64,000 nucleotides of DNA, from the NCBI GenBank assembly GCA_951406725.2, contig OX597835.1, positions 13,578,001 through 13,642,000 on the forward strand, written 5' to 3'. Below the pieces are notes generated by a model. The model saw nothing but the letters and a program-made list of their open reading frames with translations, did no database searches and had not been told where the DNA came from. The translations under genes and the position numbers were made by a program. The stretch is from Octopus vulgaris. Taxonomy: Eukaryota. Shown in pieces: positions 28,081-41,531 of this stretch. Numbering within the stretch: position 1 is the stretch's first letter; every line of letters begins with the position of its first letter.

Positions 28081-28500
28081 ACTCTTTACTCTTTTACTCT
28101 TTTACTTGTTTCAGTCATTTGACTGCGGCCATGCTGGAGCACCGCCTTTAGTCGAGCAAATCGACCCCGGGACTTATTCTTTGTAAGCCCAGTACTTATT
28201 CTATCGGTCTCTTTTGCCGAACCGCTAAGTGACGGGGACGTAAACACACCAGCATCGGTTGTCAAGCAATGCTAGAGGGACAAACACAGACACACAAACA
28301 TATACATACACATACATACATATATATACACATATACGACAGGCTTCTTTCAGTTTCCGTCTACCAAATCCACTCACAAGGCATTGGTCGGCCCGAGGCT
28401 ATAGCAGAAGACACTTGCCCAAGATGCCACACAGTGGGACTGAACCCGGGACCATGTGGTTGGTAGGCAAGCTACTTACCACACAGCCATTCCTGCGCCT
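28081..28500 (-). mobile_element. SINE family A, full length
   Basis: Reverse complement of the 8413 copy. Others at 26276(+), 32738(+), 40577(-), 41281(-), 45182(+), 45921(-), 48872(-), 53884(-), 63585(+). Confidence 0.9.
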
Positions 28501-28764
28501 ATATTAATAATTATTTTTGATTCGGTTTTTTTTTTTTTTTTTTTTTTTTGATATTTTATCCATATCAAATGTTTTGATATTAACTTGAAAAAGTCACTTA
28601 TGAGGTCTTTTCATTATACTAAACAGTCTTGGGAATTTCTTTGTAGCTCCTCCTCCCCCACAAACTTACTGAATTACTTAATAATTTCCCTATTCACTTC
28701 TACCTTTCCATTCTACTTAATTTCCCCATACTCACACACTCACTTGCAAATCTAGTTCATCTGT

Positions 28765-28784
28765 TGCCCTCTGACCTTTGACCT
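28765..28784 (-). promoter_or_regulatory. Candidate nuclear-receptor DR1 element with three half-sites
   Basis: TGCCCT-c-TGACCT-t-TGACCT in locally unique sequence. Motif match only. Confidence 0.3.
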
Positions 28785-29299
28785 ACTGACATATATTTGG
28801 TCAAATTACGAAGTGATCCATCTGTATTAAAAAAACTGGAATCTCTGCTTTAATTAAAGATCTGGGTTTCTGCTTAATGTGTTCTTCTAATATCTATCTA
28901 ATATCAGACACACCACACTGACAGTACAAACCACCTCCTACCCATCCGGCCATGCCCACCACCATCCACTTCACATTATCTCTCTCCCCCTCCCTCCCTC
29001 TCTCTCTCTCTCGTTGGTGGTCCTAATAGTTAACAAATGGCAAAAATGATTCATACATCAACAAAGAAAAACAAAATGGCAGGGTGGTGGTGGTGGTGGT
29101 GAGAGTGGTAGTGTTCATAATGGTTACCCTTGACCCCCTAGTAACCATCCTTTTATTTTTCACACGTCAGCAACCCCCTCCCCCTCCTCCTCCTCCCCCA
29201 TCCATTCATCCACCCACCCACCCAGACAGACAGACAGACAGACACATTCTTACACTTCCATGTTTAAAATGTTAAATTTAAGGAAATACCTTGCATGAA

Positions 29300-29760
29300 G
29301 AAATTTCCTTTGCTCTCTTCCCCCACCCATTCCTACCCCTCTACCCCCTCCAGTCACTCTATCCCCCTCTTTCACCCCTCCACTGCTATGTCTCTTTCCC
29401 CTTCTGCCTCCTTCACATTTCTCCTCTCTCCCTCTTTATCTCCCTCTTTATCTCTCTCTTTCTTCCTCTGCCTCCTTCATATTTTCTCCTCTCCCTCTTT
29501 CTATATCTATCTCTCTTTCCCTTCTCTCCTCTCTCTCTATCTCACACATCCCTTTTTCTCCTTTCTTTCCCCTCTTCCTCACCCTCGCTTTTCCGGCTTT
29601 CTCCCCCCCCCATTTCTCTCCGTCTCTGTCTCCAATCACTCCTTCCCCACAATCTATCTTTCATTCTCATTTTCTCTCTTTATCTCCCCCTCCATCCCCT
29701 TCCCACTCCCTCCATGCCATTCCTTCTCCCCCCCCCCGCCTCATCTCTTTCTAACGCTCC
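29300..29760. repeat. Polypyrimidine low-complexity tract
   Basis: C/T-rich. It accounts for ORFs 29291-29798. Confidence 0.85.
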
Positions 29761-30367
29761 ATAAACAAACATGCTTCTGTCTCCAAGACAAACTCTAAGG
29801 AAAAACACGCACCCCCTCCTACCGCCCCCCACCAATCTATGTTTAATGCCTTAACAATCATTCATACCTCACACCCACTGCCTACTCCTTCCCCACCCCT
29901 TCTGTTTTTCTTACATAAATGACACGCCTCCCTCCCACTCTCTTCCATCAAACCCCCATTTTCACCCCTTTTAAAGAAAATATTCTCCTTATTGTTAAAA
30001 GGAGATAAAATTTTCTGACACATTTCTTTTTCATAAAAAGGAACCACTTCATTTTTTTCATTTTTTTGTTAACCAAAATCTTCAGCGGCAGCGGTGGTGG
30101 TGGTGGTGAGAATGGGATGGTGTTTTTTTTTATCTATGTTCTTGGTTGTTTTTTTTTTGTTTTCGTTTTTGTTGTTTTTATTATATTTTGTTTAGTTTTC
30201 TTTCTGCTGTTTTTTTTTATTTCTCATTTTCTCTCCTCCTTTCTTTTTCTTTCTCTGTCTATTAAGTAAGTCTTGACTGTCTCTTAAGTATATATTTTAA
30301 TGTAGAGTTCACAGCATTGCAAATCTCTCTATTCATCTGGCCCTCTCTCTCCCTCTCTCTCTCTCTT

Positions 30368-30410
<43 letters not shown>

Positions 30411-30414
<4 letters not shown>

Positions 30415-30800
30415 CTATATGGTACGCTTGACAATTGCTAAGAAAGCTCTCTGCATGAAACCAATGGTAGTCTTGTTAACTTATAAAATAAGGAATATTT
30501 AAGCACCAAGTGTGTGTATATATATATATATATACACACTCACATTGTACGCTTATATCAAACAGTGAGAATGAGTGCACAACACTACATTGGTGCTTAA
30601 ATATTCCTTATTTTATAAGTTAACAAGACTACCATTGGTTTCATGCAGAGAGATTTCTTAGCAATTGTCAAGCGTACCATATAGAAATTTCCCCAAGACA
30701 CCTGAAGAAGGCTAGAGGGTATATCAGCTAAAACATTGTGTTAACAACAAACAAGATGAGGACAAATATCCATCAAATGTAAATAATGTAAATAAAGACA
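30411..30800 (+). mobile_element. Penelope-like fold-back remnant: 99-bp inverted arms plus an extension with a decayed hammerhead core
   Basis: 30411-30509 is the reverse complement of 30590-30688 with about one mismatch. CTGAAGA at 30702, followed by aggct...agct and AAAAC where GAAAC is expected. Confidence 0.6.
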
Positions 30801-30914
30801 TATTGTGTCTGTAAGTATAGAAGGTAGTCTTTTGATTCCAAATCCAAAATTGACTAAGATTTTGTTCTTAGAAACAGAATTGCATCAAACAGGTCCTCCT
30901 TCATAGAAGACCAT

Positions 30915-31297
30915 GGAAGCACTCCATCGGTTACGACGATGAGGGTTTCATTGTTGATCCGATCAACGGAACGGCCTGCTCGTGAAATTAACGTGTAAGT
31001 GGCTGAGCACTCCACAGACACGTGTACCCTTAACGTAGTTCTCGGGGATATTCAGCGTGACACAGAGTGACAAGGCCGGCCCTTTGAAATACAGGTACAA
31101 CAGAAACAGGAAGTAAGAGTGAGAGAAAGTTGTGGTGAAAGAGTACAGCAGGGATCAACACCATCCCCTGCTGGAGCCTCGTGGAGCTTTAGGTGTTTTC
31201 CCTCAATAAACACTCACAACTCCCGGTCTGGGAATCGATATCGCTATCCTACGACCGCGAGTCCGCTGCCCTAACCACTGGGCCATTGCGCCTCCAC
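30915..31297 (-). mobile_element. SINE family C, tail type 2, with an 11-bp TSD
   Basis: TAGAAGACCAT at 30904-30914 and 31298-31308. An inverted sister copy lies at 31841-32209(+). Confidence 0.92.
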
Positions 31298-31645
31298 TAG
31301 AAGACCATAACCCATTAGCAGTTAAACCAGCCGTATCCGACCCAAGTATTCTACCTGTTTTGTGTTCAAACCACCCAGATACTATCTTTCACACCCAGCC
31401 TATAATGTCACCCCAAAAATGTGCAACTACACAATTGAAATCTCAAAGTTACAAGATAATGCCTGATTAATTTAAAGCAAAGTGAAAGAGGAAGCATTAT
31501 ATTTGACAGAGTAATATGGACGCTGAACAGTCAAATTTGATTTGAATATTTCCAGAGGAAGAAACTGTCAAATTAACATTTGTAAAATTGGAAATTTCAG
31601 CACATTATGTTACAGTTTAGTGAAGGTGTGTGGTCTAATGGTTTG

Positions 31646-32327
31646 TAGTGGTTTTCAGCCAGGGTCCATATGACCCTTGGCGTAGTCCATATAAGATTTA
31701 AGATTTTGTTGTGAAAATTTATTTGCAATAAATCAGTTACACTTTTACAATACACCAAATATTTTAACAATTTGTTTATATATATAGTTCCTAATAATAT
31801 TTAATTATAAACACACAGTAAGATTATATGTATACACACACCAGTGGTTAGGGCAGCGGACTCGTGGTCATAGGATCGCGGTTTCGATTCCCAGACCAGG
31901 TGTTGTGAGTGTTTATTGAGCGAAAACACCTAAAGCTCCACGAGGCTCTGGCAGGGGATAGTGGTGATCCCTGCTGTACTCTTTCACCACAACTTTCTCT
32001 CACTCTTACTTCCTGTTTCTGTTGTACCTGTATTTCAAAGGGCCGGCCTTGTCACTCTCTGTGTCACGCTGACTATCCCCGAGAACTACGTTAAGGGTGC
32101 ACATGTCTGTGGAGTGCTCAGCCACTTACACGTTAATTTCACGAGCAGGCTGTTCCGTTGATTCGGATCAACCGGAACCCTCGTCGTCGTAACCGACGGA
32201 GTGCTTCCATCCCATACACACACATATACACACTTATATATGCAGCAAATGGCTATATAGAGTAGGGGAAAATAGGAATTAAAGGGGCCCAAAGGCAAAA
32301 AAAAAAAAAAATGGTTGAGAACCACTG
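31646..32327. mobile_element. hAT-type MITE containing a SINE-C and itself interrupting a SINE-D-like head
   Basis: TIRs TAGTGGTTTTCAGCC and GGTTGAGAACCACTG. The SINE head begins at about 31620 and resumes at 32328. Confidence 0.68.
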
Positions 32328-33359
32328 AGTTAGTGTTGGATTTACAATCATACAGCCATGAGTTCAATTCCTGAGCTGGACAGCACATTGAGTCATTGAG
32401 CAAGGCACTTAATTTCCATGATGCTCCAGTTTACTCAGATGAAACTGAGTATCAGCTGTTCACGGATGCAGCTTTCTCTCCACCTAGTTGTCATATAGTC
32501 AAACTACCACTCGGTCAGAGGTGAGAAAACCCATGAGGGTACCAATATCTGTTCACAACTATACAGGCTCTTAACGAGAGCAAACTTACCTTTATTAATG
32601 TATATTGAATTATACATAGATATATACAAGATTTCCACAGATATAAAAGTTTAGGATTTGTGATCTGCCCACAGACCTCTTTTTTGAAGCTAAGAGATAA
32701 TGGATGATTAATTCAAAAGAATGAGAACAAATTTTATAGATGCAGGAGTGGCTGTGTGGTAAGTAGCTTGCTTACCAACCACGTGGATCCGGGTTCAGTC
32801 CCACTGCGTGGCACCTTGGGCAAGTGTCTTCTACTATAGCTTCAGGCCGACCAAAACCTTATGAGTGGATTTGGTAGATGGAGACTGAAAGAAGCCTTTC
32901 GTATATGTGTGTGTATGTCTGTCTGTCTGTGTTTGTCCTCCTACCATCACTTGACAATTGATTTTGGTTTGTTTATGTCCCTGTACCTTAGCGGTTTGGC
33001 AAAAGAGGCCAATAGAATAAGTACTAGGCTTACAAAGAATAAGTCCTGGTGTCGATTTGTTCAACTAAAGGTGGTGCTCCAGCATAGCCACAGTCAAATG
33101 ACTGAAGCAAATAAAAAAAAAATACAATAGACATGACAGAGAGAAATCTGAATGCTTAAGTTTGTATTGTTCAATTTTGATGTTTTCTCAAGTATTAACA
33201 TGGATATCCACTTTATCTAAAGAATGTGTACTAAGCATTGATGTCCTCTTAAATATTGTAAAGATTATCCTGAAGACTTTTCATGTATTATCACAAAATG
33301 ATGACATCTGTTACCAACAGGTTTCATTTGCTTCTGTTCTTATTTTCTCTTTCAAACAG

Positions 33360-33457
33360 GTTATCCAGATTTTCTTTCCCCATTCATTACAATTAAACCC
33401 ATCACAGTTCCCTGGTGAACACCCTAATGACTGCCCAAGGAATGTCAAAAAAGCTGA
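33360..33457 (+). CDS. MGAT2: MGAT2 (GnT-II) internal coding exon A: VIQIFFPHSLQLNPSQFPGEHPNDCPRNVKKA(E)
   Basis: Acceptor ttctctttcaaacAG and donor GTgagt. 98 nt, phase 0 to phase 2. Peptide aligns by eye with human MGAT2 VLQVFFPFSIQLYPNEFPGSDPRDCPRDLPKNA. Confidence 0.93.
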
Positions 33458-33500
33458 GTGAGTACTGTTTTTGAGATTTCATTTTTACACCCGTGTTCCA

Positions 33501-34252
33501 TACGGTGTATGGGGGGGGGGGTAAATTTATTCAATCAAATCACCATTGGCTTCAAGCACGACCTCCAGACAAAGTGGGAATCTCCATGCAACTCTTCTGG
33601 ATGGTCTCCTTGTTTAAGTTCGTTTAATGTTGCCATAATCCTTGCCTTTGGTGTTACAAGGAGTTTTGTTGGTCTCTCGCTCAACTGCACCCCACACATG
33701 ATAATCAAGGAGGTTGCAGTCTGGGGAGTTAAGTGGCCGGATGTTAGGGGTGATGTGGTCGCAGAAATTGTCTGACAGCCTTGACTGGGTTCTACTGCTT
33801 GTGTGGCATGGTGCAGAGTCCTGTTGCCAGCAGCCACCCTTTCGACCCAAGGCAGCACTACCTCCTCGAGGCACTTGATGTAGGCCTCCGTGTTGAGTCT
33901 GAGGCTATGTGGGATGATAAATGGAGGCATAACATTGCCATCACTAGTTATCACTTGAAATACCATGATGTTGGCTGGATGCTTGATTTTTATTATTCTT
34001 GTACATGTCTTCAGATTGACACCCAAACACTCTGAAATTTTCATATTGGAGCTTCTAGCAAAAATGCAAACCAGTACAACATGTTGTTTCCAAATTTCTG
34101 GCTAAGTGAAATGTGTCATGATGCTGTTTTTCTCACAGGTGGTGCCCAATTGATCCTACCATACTATGTAGTTGAGAAATTCAAAAACAAAGAAGGCACA
34201 TGCATGAAATTAAAAATATAAAATGGCGACAATTTACCAATCACACCCTGTA
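33501..34252 (-). mobile_element. maT-family (DD37D) Tc1/mariner remnant, frameshifted
   Basis: KHPANIMVFQVITSDG...QQDSAPCH...NSPDCNLLDYHVWG with 37 residues between the last two Asp. TIR-like CACCCTG|TA at about 34250. Confidence 0.88.
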
Positions 34253-34363
34253 CATATATATTTAATAATAATGATAATAATAGTATGGAATATAATTCCA
34301 AAACTTACAGGGAAAAATTCAATTCAACAATTTTAATTTAAATTTCACAATATATAATGTATG

Positions 34364-34828
34364 TATATAATTTAGAGAAAAACCTGTATTAAACAATTCA
34401 GTAAAGAAATATGTTATTCACACCATATAGAAAACATATACTATAAAAAAAACCTTATTTTAAAAATTAATAAAGTACAATAAATAGTAAATAGTTGTAA
34501 AAAGACTACACGCGTTTTGTGGCTATATTTTCAAATTGATAATAATAATAAAATCAATTCGATTTAAAATTAAATTGAACTAAAATTAATTCTATTTCGA
34601 TTTTAATTTGATTTAATTTTAAATCGAATTGATTTTGTTATTATTATCTATTTGAAAATATAGCCATGAAACGCGTGTAGTCTTTTTACTGCCATTTGCT
34701 ATTTATTGTACTGTATCGATTTTTAGAATGAGGTTTTTTTAGGGTTTGGTTTATGTTTTCTATATGGTGTGAATAACATCTTTCTTCATTGAATTGTTTA
34801 ATAGAGGTTTTTCCCTAAATTTTATATA
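34364..34828. repeat. ~460-bp imperfect AT-rich palindrome (fold-back)
   Basis: For example aaagactacacgcgtttt...tattttcaaat pairs with atttgaaaatatagccatgaaacgcgtgtagtcttt. Centre at about 34595. Confidence 0.85.
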
Positions 34829-35108
34829 TATATATATATATATGTACATACACACACACACACACACATGTATATGCAATATATGCATACATATATTCAT
34901 ATATAATGCATATACATATGTGTGCAAACATATATATACATACGTATATCATTGTCATGTTGGCATGTGTTAGATGGTTTTGTTAGAGCTGGCAGACTAT
35001 ATATATATATAATTCATATATTAATGATATATAGTCTGTTGACCAATTTTTCTACACGCTAGGCCACTGGTAGTAGAAATTTCTAAAATTTTTATTACCC
35101 TGATATTA

Positions 35109-35158
<50 letters not shown>

Positions 35159-35349
35159 TTGTAAAAAAATACAAACACATATATATATATATATATATAT
35201 ATGTATTTGTAAAAAAATACAAACTGGGACAAGAACGCAAAACATTTAGAAGACGATACAAAATACACGGACGGGACATTCGAAGGCTTCAATCTTCAGT
35301 CAAGAACTGGTTCATCCTCGCAATTTCGGCTGATTACAGACATGCACCA

Positions 35350-35393
<44 letters not shown>

Positions 35394-35959
35394 GGTGGTG
35401 CATGTCTGTGTGTTTGTTACATTTACACTTTTGAAAACCACTGAATTATGAAGCAGTGACATTGTTGTCATTCCCCTTATCAACAAGTCATCCACATGCA
35501 TTGCACCTTCAAAGGCATCTGAAACAAGAGATTCCCTTACTTGAAAAACAAGAAAGGGTTAGCAACAGGAAGAGCATCCAACTGTAAAAAATGAGGCTCT
35601 GTTAACATACTCACCTAACCCATACCAGCATGGAAAAAGCAGAAGAGACATAAAACATCCAGAAACCTATGATGTGCAGGTGATTAGGCTTAGAGCATAC
35701 ATCATCGTTTACAAATTTATTTCTTCATTTTTCATTACAAAACACTCCCCCTTGTGGTTTCCAGTTTTAAACAAAATTCTTGAGTTGTTTTATGCTTGTT
35801 TCGTTATTTTTTGTATACATCTGTATTTAGTGGTATATAACACCAAACATTAATCGTATACACACGCACACACATCAAACTTATTTGTGTGTGTATATGT
35901 ATAGATATGTTATGACTGTCACATATTAAATGTGTTTTGCTTATGCACTTCAAAATTTA

Positions 35960-36147
35960 TTTGTATATGTATGTGTGTGTGTATGCGCACATGTATGTAT
36001 ATCAATGTATGTATACGTATATATATATATATATATATGTTTGTATGTATATGTGTGTGTATGTATATATGTTTGTATATATATATATATATGTGTGTAT
36101 GTATATATATGTTTGCATATGTGTGTGTGTGTGTATGTATATATGCA

Positions 36148-36191
<44 letters not shown>

Positions 36192-36425
36192 CGTTTGTAT
36201 GTGTATATCTGTGTGTGTATGCACATATGTATGTATATTAATATATGTATATATGTTTGTATGTTTATGTGTGTATATGTATATGTTTGTATGTATATAT
36301 ATGTGCATCTATGTATGTTTGTGTGTATATATATATATATATGCATGTGTATATATATATATATGTGTGTGTGTGTGTGCATGTGTGTATATATGTATGT
36401 ATGTATGTATGTATGTAATTATATA
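35960..36425. repeat. (TA)/(TG) compound microsatellite
   Basis: Seen directly. Confidence 0.9.
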
Positions 36426-36682
36426 CATTTCATATGTCTCAGGTGGTTGACTGTTGTATCCCCCCACATTTGTTGGCATTGTTGCTTGGTTCTTTTTTTC
36501 TTTTTCTTTTCCTCTCTTGCATAATACTTACCACCACTAACCCAATGCTTTTATATAACATGTTTTGTATGTGTGCGTGTGTGTGTGTCTATATATATAT
36601 AACGTGTGTGTGTATATGTGTGTGCATTTATATGTATATGTATTTACATGTATCAATGAATATATGCCTGTGTTCACACACA

Positions 36683-36721
<39 letters not shown>

Positions 36722-37046
36722 TCTTTCAATAATGTCTACAGCTGCAGCACCTTTGTGACATAACGATTCTCACACAGGTATTGCATTAAGATTTTTGCTC
36801 AAAATATTTTCCTTTTTTTTTTTTTACATTTTTTTTTTATCACTTTTACTTTTGTGGTTTTTTTTTTTTTAATTCGCCATTTATCATAGGTGAATAAATA
36901 CTTGGGTGTTGCAAAAGTATTTAGATAGGCCAGGCCAAGCGAGGGTTTTCAGCAGAGTCATTCCACTTGCACAAACACTAAGAAGCAAAAGTAAATGAAC
37001 ACACTTCGTACAACAATGTACGCAATACAGTCTCCACCCACTCAGT

Positions 37047-37113
<67 letters not shown>

Positions 37114-37189
37114 TGGGCTTAGCAACAAATGATATAAACCAATACAGAAGACACTATTGTTACTGTTCAGTTAGATAATACGACACAAC

Positions 37190-37960
37190 ATAGATTTTGT
37201 GATTGATGTTGTATAAAGATATTGTGAGCGATGTATAATGGTGAGTGATGGCATATAAAGATTTGAGTGATATAGTGTAAAGGTATTGTGAGTGATAGTA
37301 CAAAGATTTTGTGAGTGATGTATAATGATGGTGAGTGATGGCGTATAAAAATTTGAGTGATGTATAATGATGGCGAGAGATGGCGTATAAAGATTTGGGT
37401 GATAGTGTAAAGATATTGTGAGTGATGTATAATGATGGTGAGTGATGGCGTATAAAAATTTGAGTGATGTATAATGATGGCGAGAGATGGCGTATAAAGA
37501 TTTGGGTGATAGTGTAAAGATATTGTGAGCGATGTATAATGTATAATGATGGTGAGTGATGGCGTATAAAGATTTGAGTGATAGAGTATAAAGATATTGT
37601 GAGCAATGTATAATGATAGTGAGTGATGGCTTATAAAGATTTGAGTGATGTATTATGATGGTGAGTGATAAAGTATAAAGATATTGTGAGTGATGTATAA
37701 GGATGTGAGTGATGGAGTAGAAAGTTGGTGCATGATGGTGCATAGAAACATTGTGAGTGATGGAGTATAAAGATGTGAGTGATGGTATATAAAGGTACTG
37801 TAAGTAATGGAGTATAATGATATTGTGAGTGGTGGAGTATAAAGACATTGTGACATATAAAGATTTGAGTGATTGAGTATAAAGATTTGAGTGATGGAGT
37901 ATAAAGATATGATTGATGTAGTATAATGATATCGTGAATGATGAATGTATAAAAATATTG
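37190..37960. repeat. Degenerate minisatellite built from ~20-bp gtgagtgatg...tataa units with higher-order repeats
   Basis: Repeated gatggtgagtgatggcgtataaa and agatattgtgagtgatgtataat blocks. Confidence 0.85.
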
Positions 37961-38912
37961 GAAGTGAGATGTCAAATTTGTCAACAAATTCAAACTTTTT
38001 TTTTTTCAATATAATTGAATTCCAATGAAAACTATTTAAGACATCAGTCGATTTAATTTTAATTTAAGACTTCAATCAGTCCAACGGCTTCCATTGTTTT
38101 ATTTTGTACATCAGTTAATCAGCAAACATTTATTGTCTGCTGGTGACTAACTGTGAACTAACCGTAGCTGAGACTAGCATGGCATCACTGTTACTATTAG
38201 GTCAATGCTGACACCGAAGATTCTTGCCGATGAAGCAATGGTTTGGAGGTTTTCAAAGACAGACAATTGTGGGTACCCATTGATGTAGTTCAGCCCATCT
38301 CAGTTTCTTAATCTCTTGATCAGACATTGGTCAATTCTCTTTACTCACAGCAGTGCAAGGATTACATTATGATCTTTGTCATTCTGGGATCATGAGGTAA
38401 ACCTTTTTCATGCCTTGATGATTTTGCACCCAAGGTATTTTTAAATGCAAGATTATATATTTACATAGGTTTTGTAGTTTAAATTGGATGCAAAATGAAA
38501 CAATTGTAAGTGAAGATGATAATTAATTAATAGATTTATTTGTATCCATTGGATCTCTCCATTTCCAAACTTAATAATAATATTTGATATTTTATATAAT
38601 ATATTCATTGAAGAAATATCTCTTCAAAATACAATATATCAAACCAGGATATCTTGGATAAAAATATCTATATAATAGGTCTAAATATCCTCATAGTAAC
38701 ATACACACACACACACACAATGGGCTTCTTTCAGTTTCCATCTGCCGGATCCACTTAAGGCTTTGGTCAGCCTAAGGAGGCTATAATCGAAGACATTTGC
38801 CCAAGGGGACAGAATGACAAAAAGATTCAGGTGAATAACAATAATACACCTATCTTTCAACTACCCTATGTGCTAGGCAAACTAAGAGACAGAATCACAA
38901 AAAAATTCAGGA

Positions 38913-38947
<35 letters not shown>

Positions 38948-41493
38948 GGCCAAATTTTCAGTTCCCATATTTGTTCACCCAAATTGCTACTTTCCTCATC
39001 ACTTTCACCAGCTGGGTTTTTTGCATCATTCTCATCGTGTCTGCATAAGGGTAAACTCTTCGTCCAAAGAATAAATATCTATTTCTTTACTACCCACAAG
39101 GGGCTAAACACAGAGGGGACAAACGGATTAAGTCAATTATATTGACCCCCTTTCACCAGCTGGGTTATCTGCATCATTCTCATCGTGTCTGCATAAGGGT
39201 AAACTCTTCGTCCAAAGAATAAATATCTATTTCTTTACTACCCACAAGGGGCTAAACACAGAGGGGACAAACGGATTAAGTCAATTATATTGAGCCCCAT
39301 CCTTTCAAGGTCGATAAATTAAGTACCAGTTACGCACTGGGGTCGATATAATCAACATAATCTGTTTGTCTGTCCTTGTTTGTCCCCTCTGTGTTTAGCC
39401 CCTTGTGGGTAGTAACGAAATATATATTGACCCCCAGTACGTAACTGGTACTTATTTAATCGACCCCGAAAGGATGAAAGGCAAAGTCGACCTCGGCGGA
39501 ATTTGAACTCAGAACGCAACCGCAAGCGAAATACTGCTGAGCATTTCGCCCGGCGTGCTAACGATTCTGCCAGCTCGCCGCCCCAAAGAATAAATATCAT
39601 CAATAATTTCCTCAGCTGTAAAGAGCCTCGGCCTTGCTCACTTACCAGTTGAAGTGCTGGGTTTGTTACAAGCTTGTTTCATTGTGAGAAAAAAAAAAAA
39701 TCTATTTTTATTTTTTGATTAAAAGCAAAAAATACACAACACCTGTGTGGGGGGGGAGGGGACACCAATATGAATGAGTCATCGACTCACCTGACTACAA
39801 AGCCACAACATTATCAGTTGTCTACTTTTGATATTGCGTCCCCTTCTTTCCACACGTGTTGTTCGTTCGTTACTGTTTGAACAGGAATCCAGCAGAGAGT
39901 AAATTTAGGCTTTTACTCTGTTTCAGTCATTTGACTGCGGCCATGCTGGAGCACCGCCTTTTTTAGTCGAGCAAATCGACCCCAGTCTAGTACTTATTCT
40001 ATCAGTCTCTTTTGCCAAACTGCTAAGTTACGGGGATGTAAACACACCACCATCAGTTGTCAAGCAATGTTGAGGGGACAAACACAGACACACAAACATA
40101 TACGCACGCATACACATAAACTGAAAGAAGCCCGTCGTATATATATATATATATGTGTGTGTGTCTGTGTTTGTCCCCCCAACATCGCTTGACAACCAAT
40201 GTTGGTGTGTTTACATCCCTGTAACTTAGCGGTTCAGCAAAAGAGACCGATAGAATAAGTCCTGGGGGGTCGATTTGCTCGACTAAAGGCGGTGCTCCAG
40301 CATGGCCGCAGTCAAATGACTGAAACAAGTAAAAGAGTAAAGAGTATATATATCTATAGATTTATACGACGGGCTTCTTTCAGTTTCCGTCTACCAAATC
40401 CACTCACAAGGTTTTGGTCGGCCTGAGGCTATAGTAGAAGACACTTGCCCAAGGTGCCACGCAGTGGGACTGAACCCGAATTAATTGAGCAGTTTTTAGG
40501 TTTTCAAATAACTAAAATTGGCTCTTCTATAATATAATTGTCAGTTTCGTTAGAGTTTAATTTGAAAAATAACCAGTTACTCTTTTACTTGTTTCAGTCA
40601 TTTGACTGCGGCCATGCTGGAGCACCGCCTTTAGTCGAGCAAATCGACCCCGGGACTTATTCTTTGTAAGCCCAGTACTTATTCTATCGGTCTCTTTTGC
40701 CGAACCGCTAAGTAACGGGGACATAAACACACCAGCATCGGTTGCCAAGCAATGCTAGGGGGACAAACACAGACACACAAAACACATACATATATATATA
40801 TACATACGACAGGCTTCTTTCAGTTTCCGTCTACCAAATCCACTCACAACAAGCCATTGGTCAGCCTGAAGCTATAGCAGAAGACACTTGCCCAAGATGC
40901 CACGCATTGGGATTGAACCCAGAACCATGTGGTTGGCTAGCAAGCTACTTACCACACAGCTACTGCTGCGCCTGGAAATGAATTTAAGTTAATTTCCTTA
41001 AATAAAAATGATATCTGGTTGCTGTACATATCAAATGACTTTAAGTTTGTTCAGAGAGATAAAGAAAATTTCTGAGAAATATATTTAATAACGAAGAAAC
41101 GTTGCTACAAAGCCAGATTGAAAGTTAAGCCATGCTCTTTTGATACCAACCTGCCTTTGACCATTCCTCGATTTGTGATACAAACCTCCTGTTTTAATGT
41201 AATCTCAGTTGAAAATATCCATTAAAACTTCACGTTCATTGAAGTTTTAAATACCATTTTAATAATGGCAAAATTATTTTACTCTTTACTTGTTTCAGTC
41301 ATTTGACTGCGGCCATGCTGGAGCACCGCCTTTAATCAAGCAAATCGATCCCGGGACCTATTCTTTTGTAAGCCCAGTACTTATTCTATCGGTCTCTTTT
41401 GCCGAACCGCTAAGTGACCGGGACATAAACACACCAGCATCGGTTGTCAAGCAATGCTAGGGGGACAAACACAGACACACAAACACACACACA

Positions 41494-41531
<38 letters not shown>

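Noticed and set aside
39002-39297. ~148-bp tandem duplication including a SINE-B end
   Set aside because: Real but an ordinary local duplication with no sign of function.
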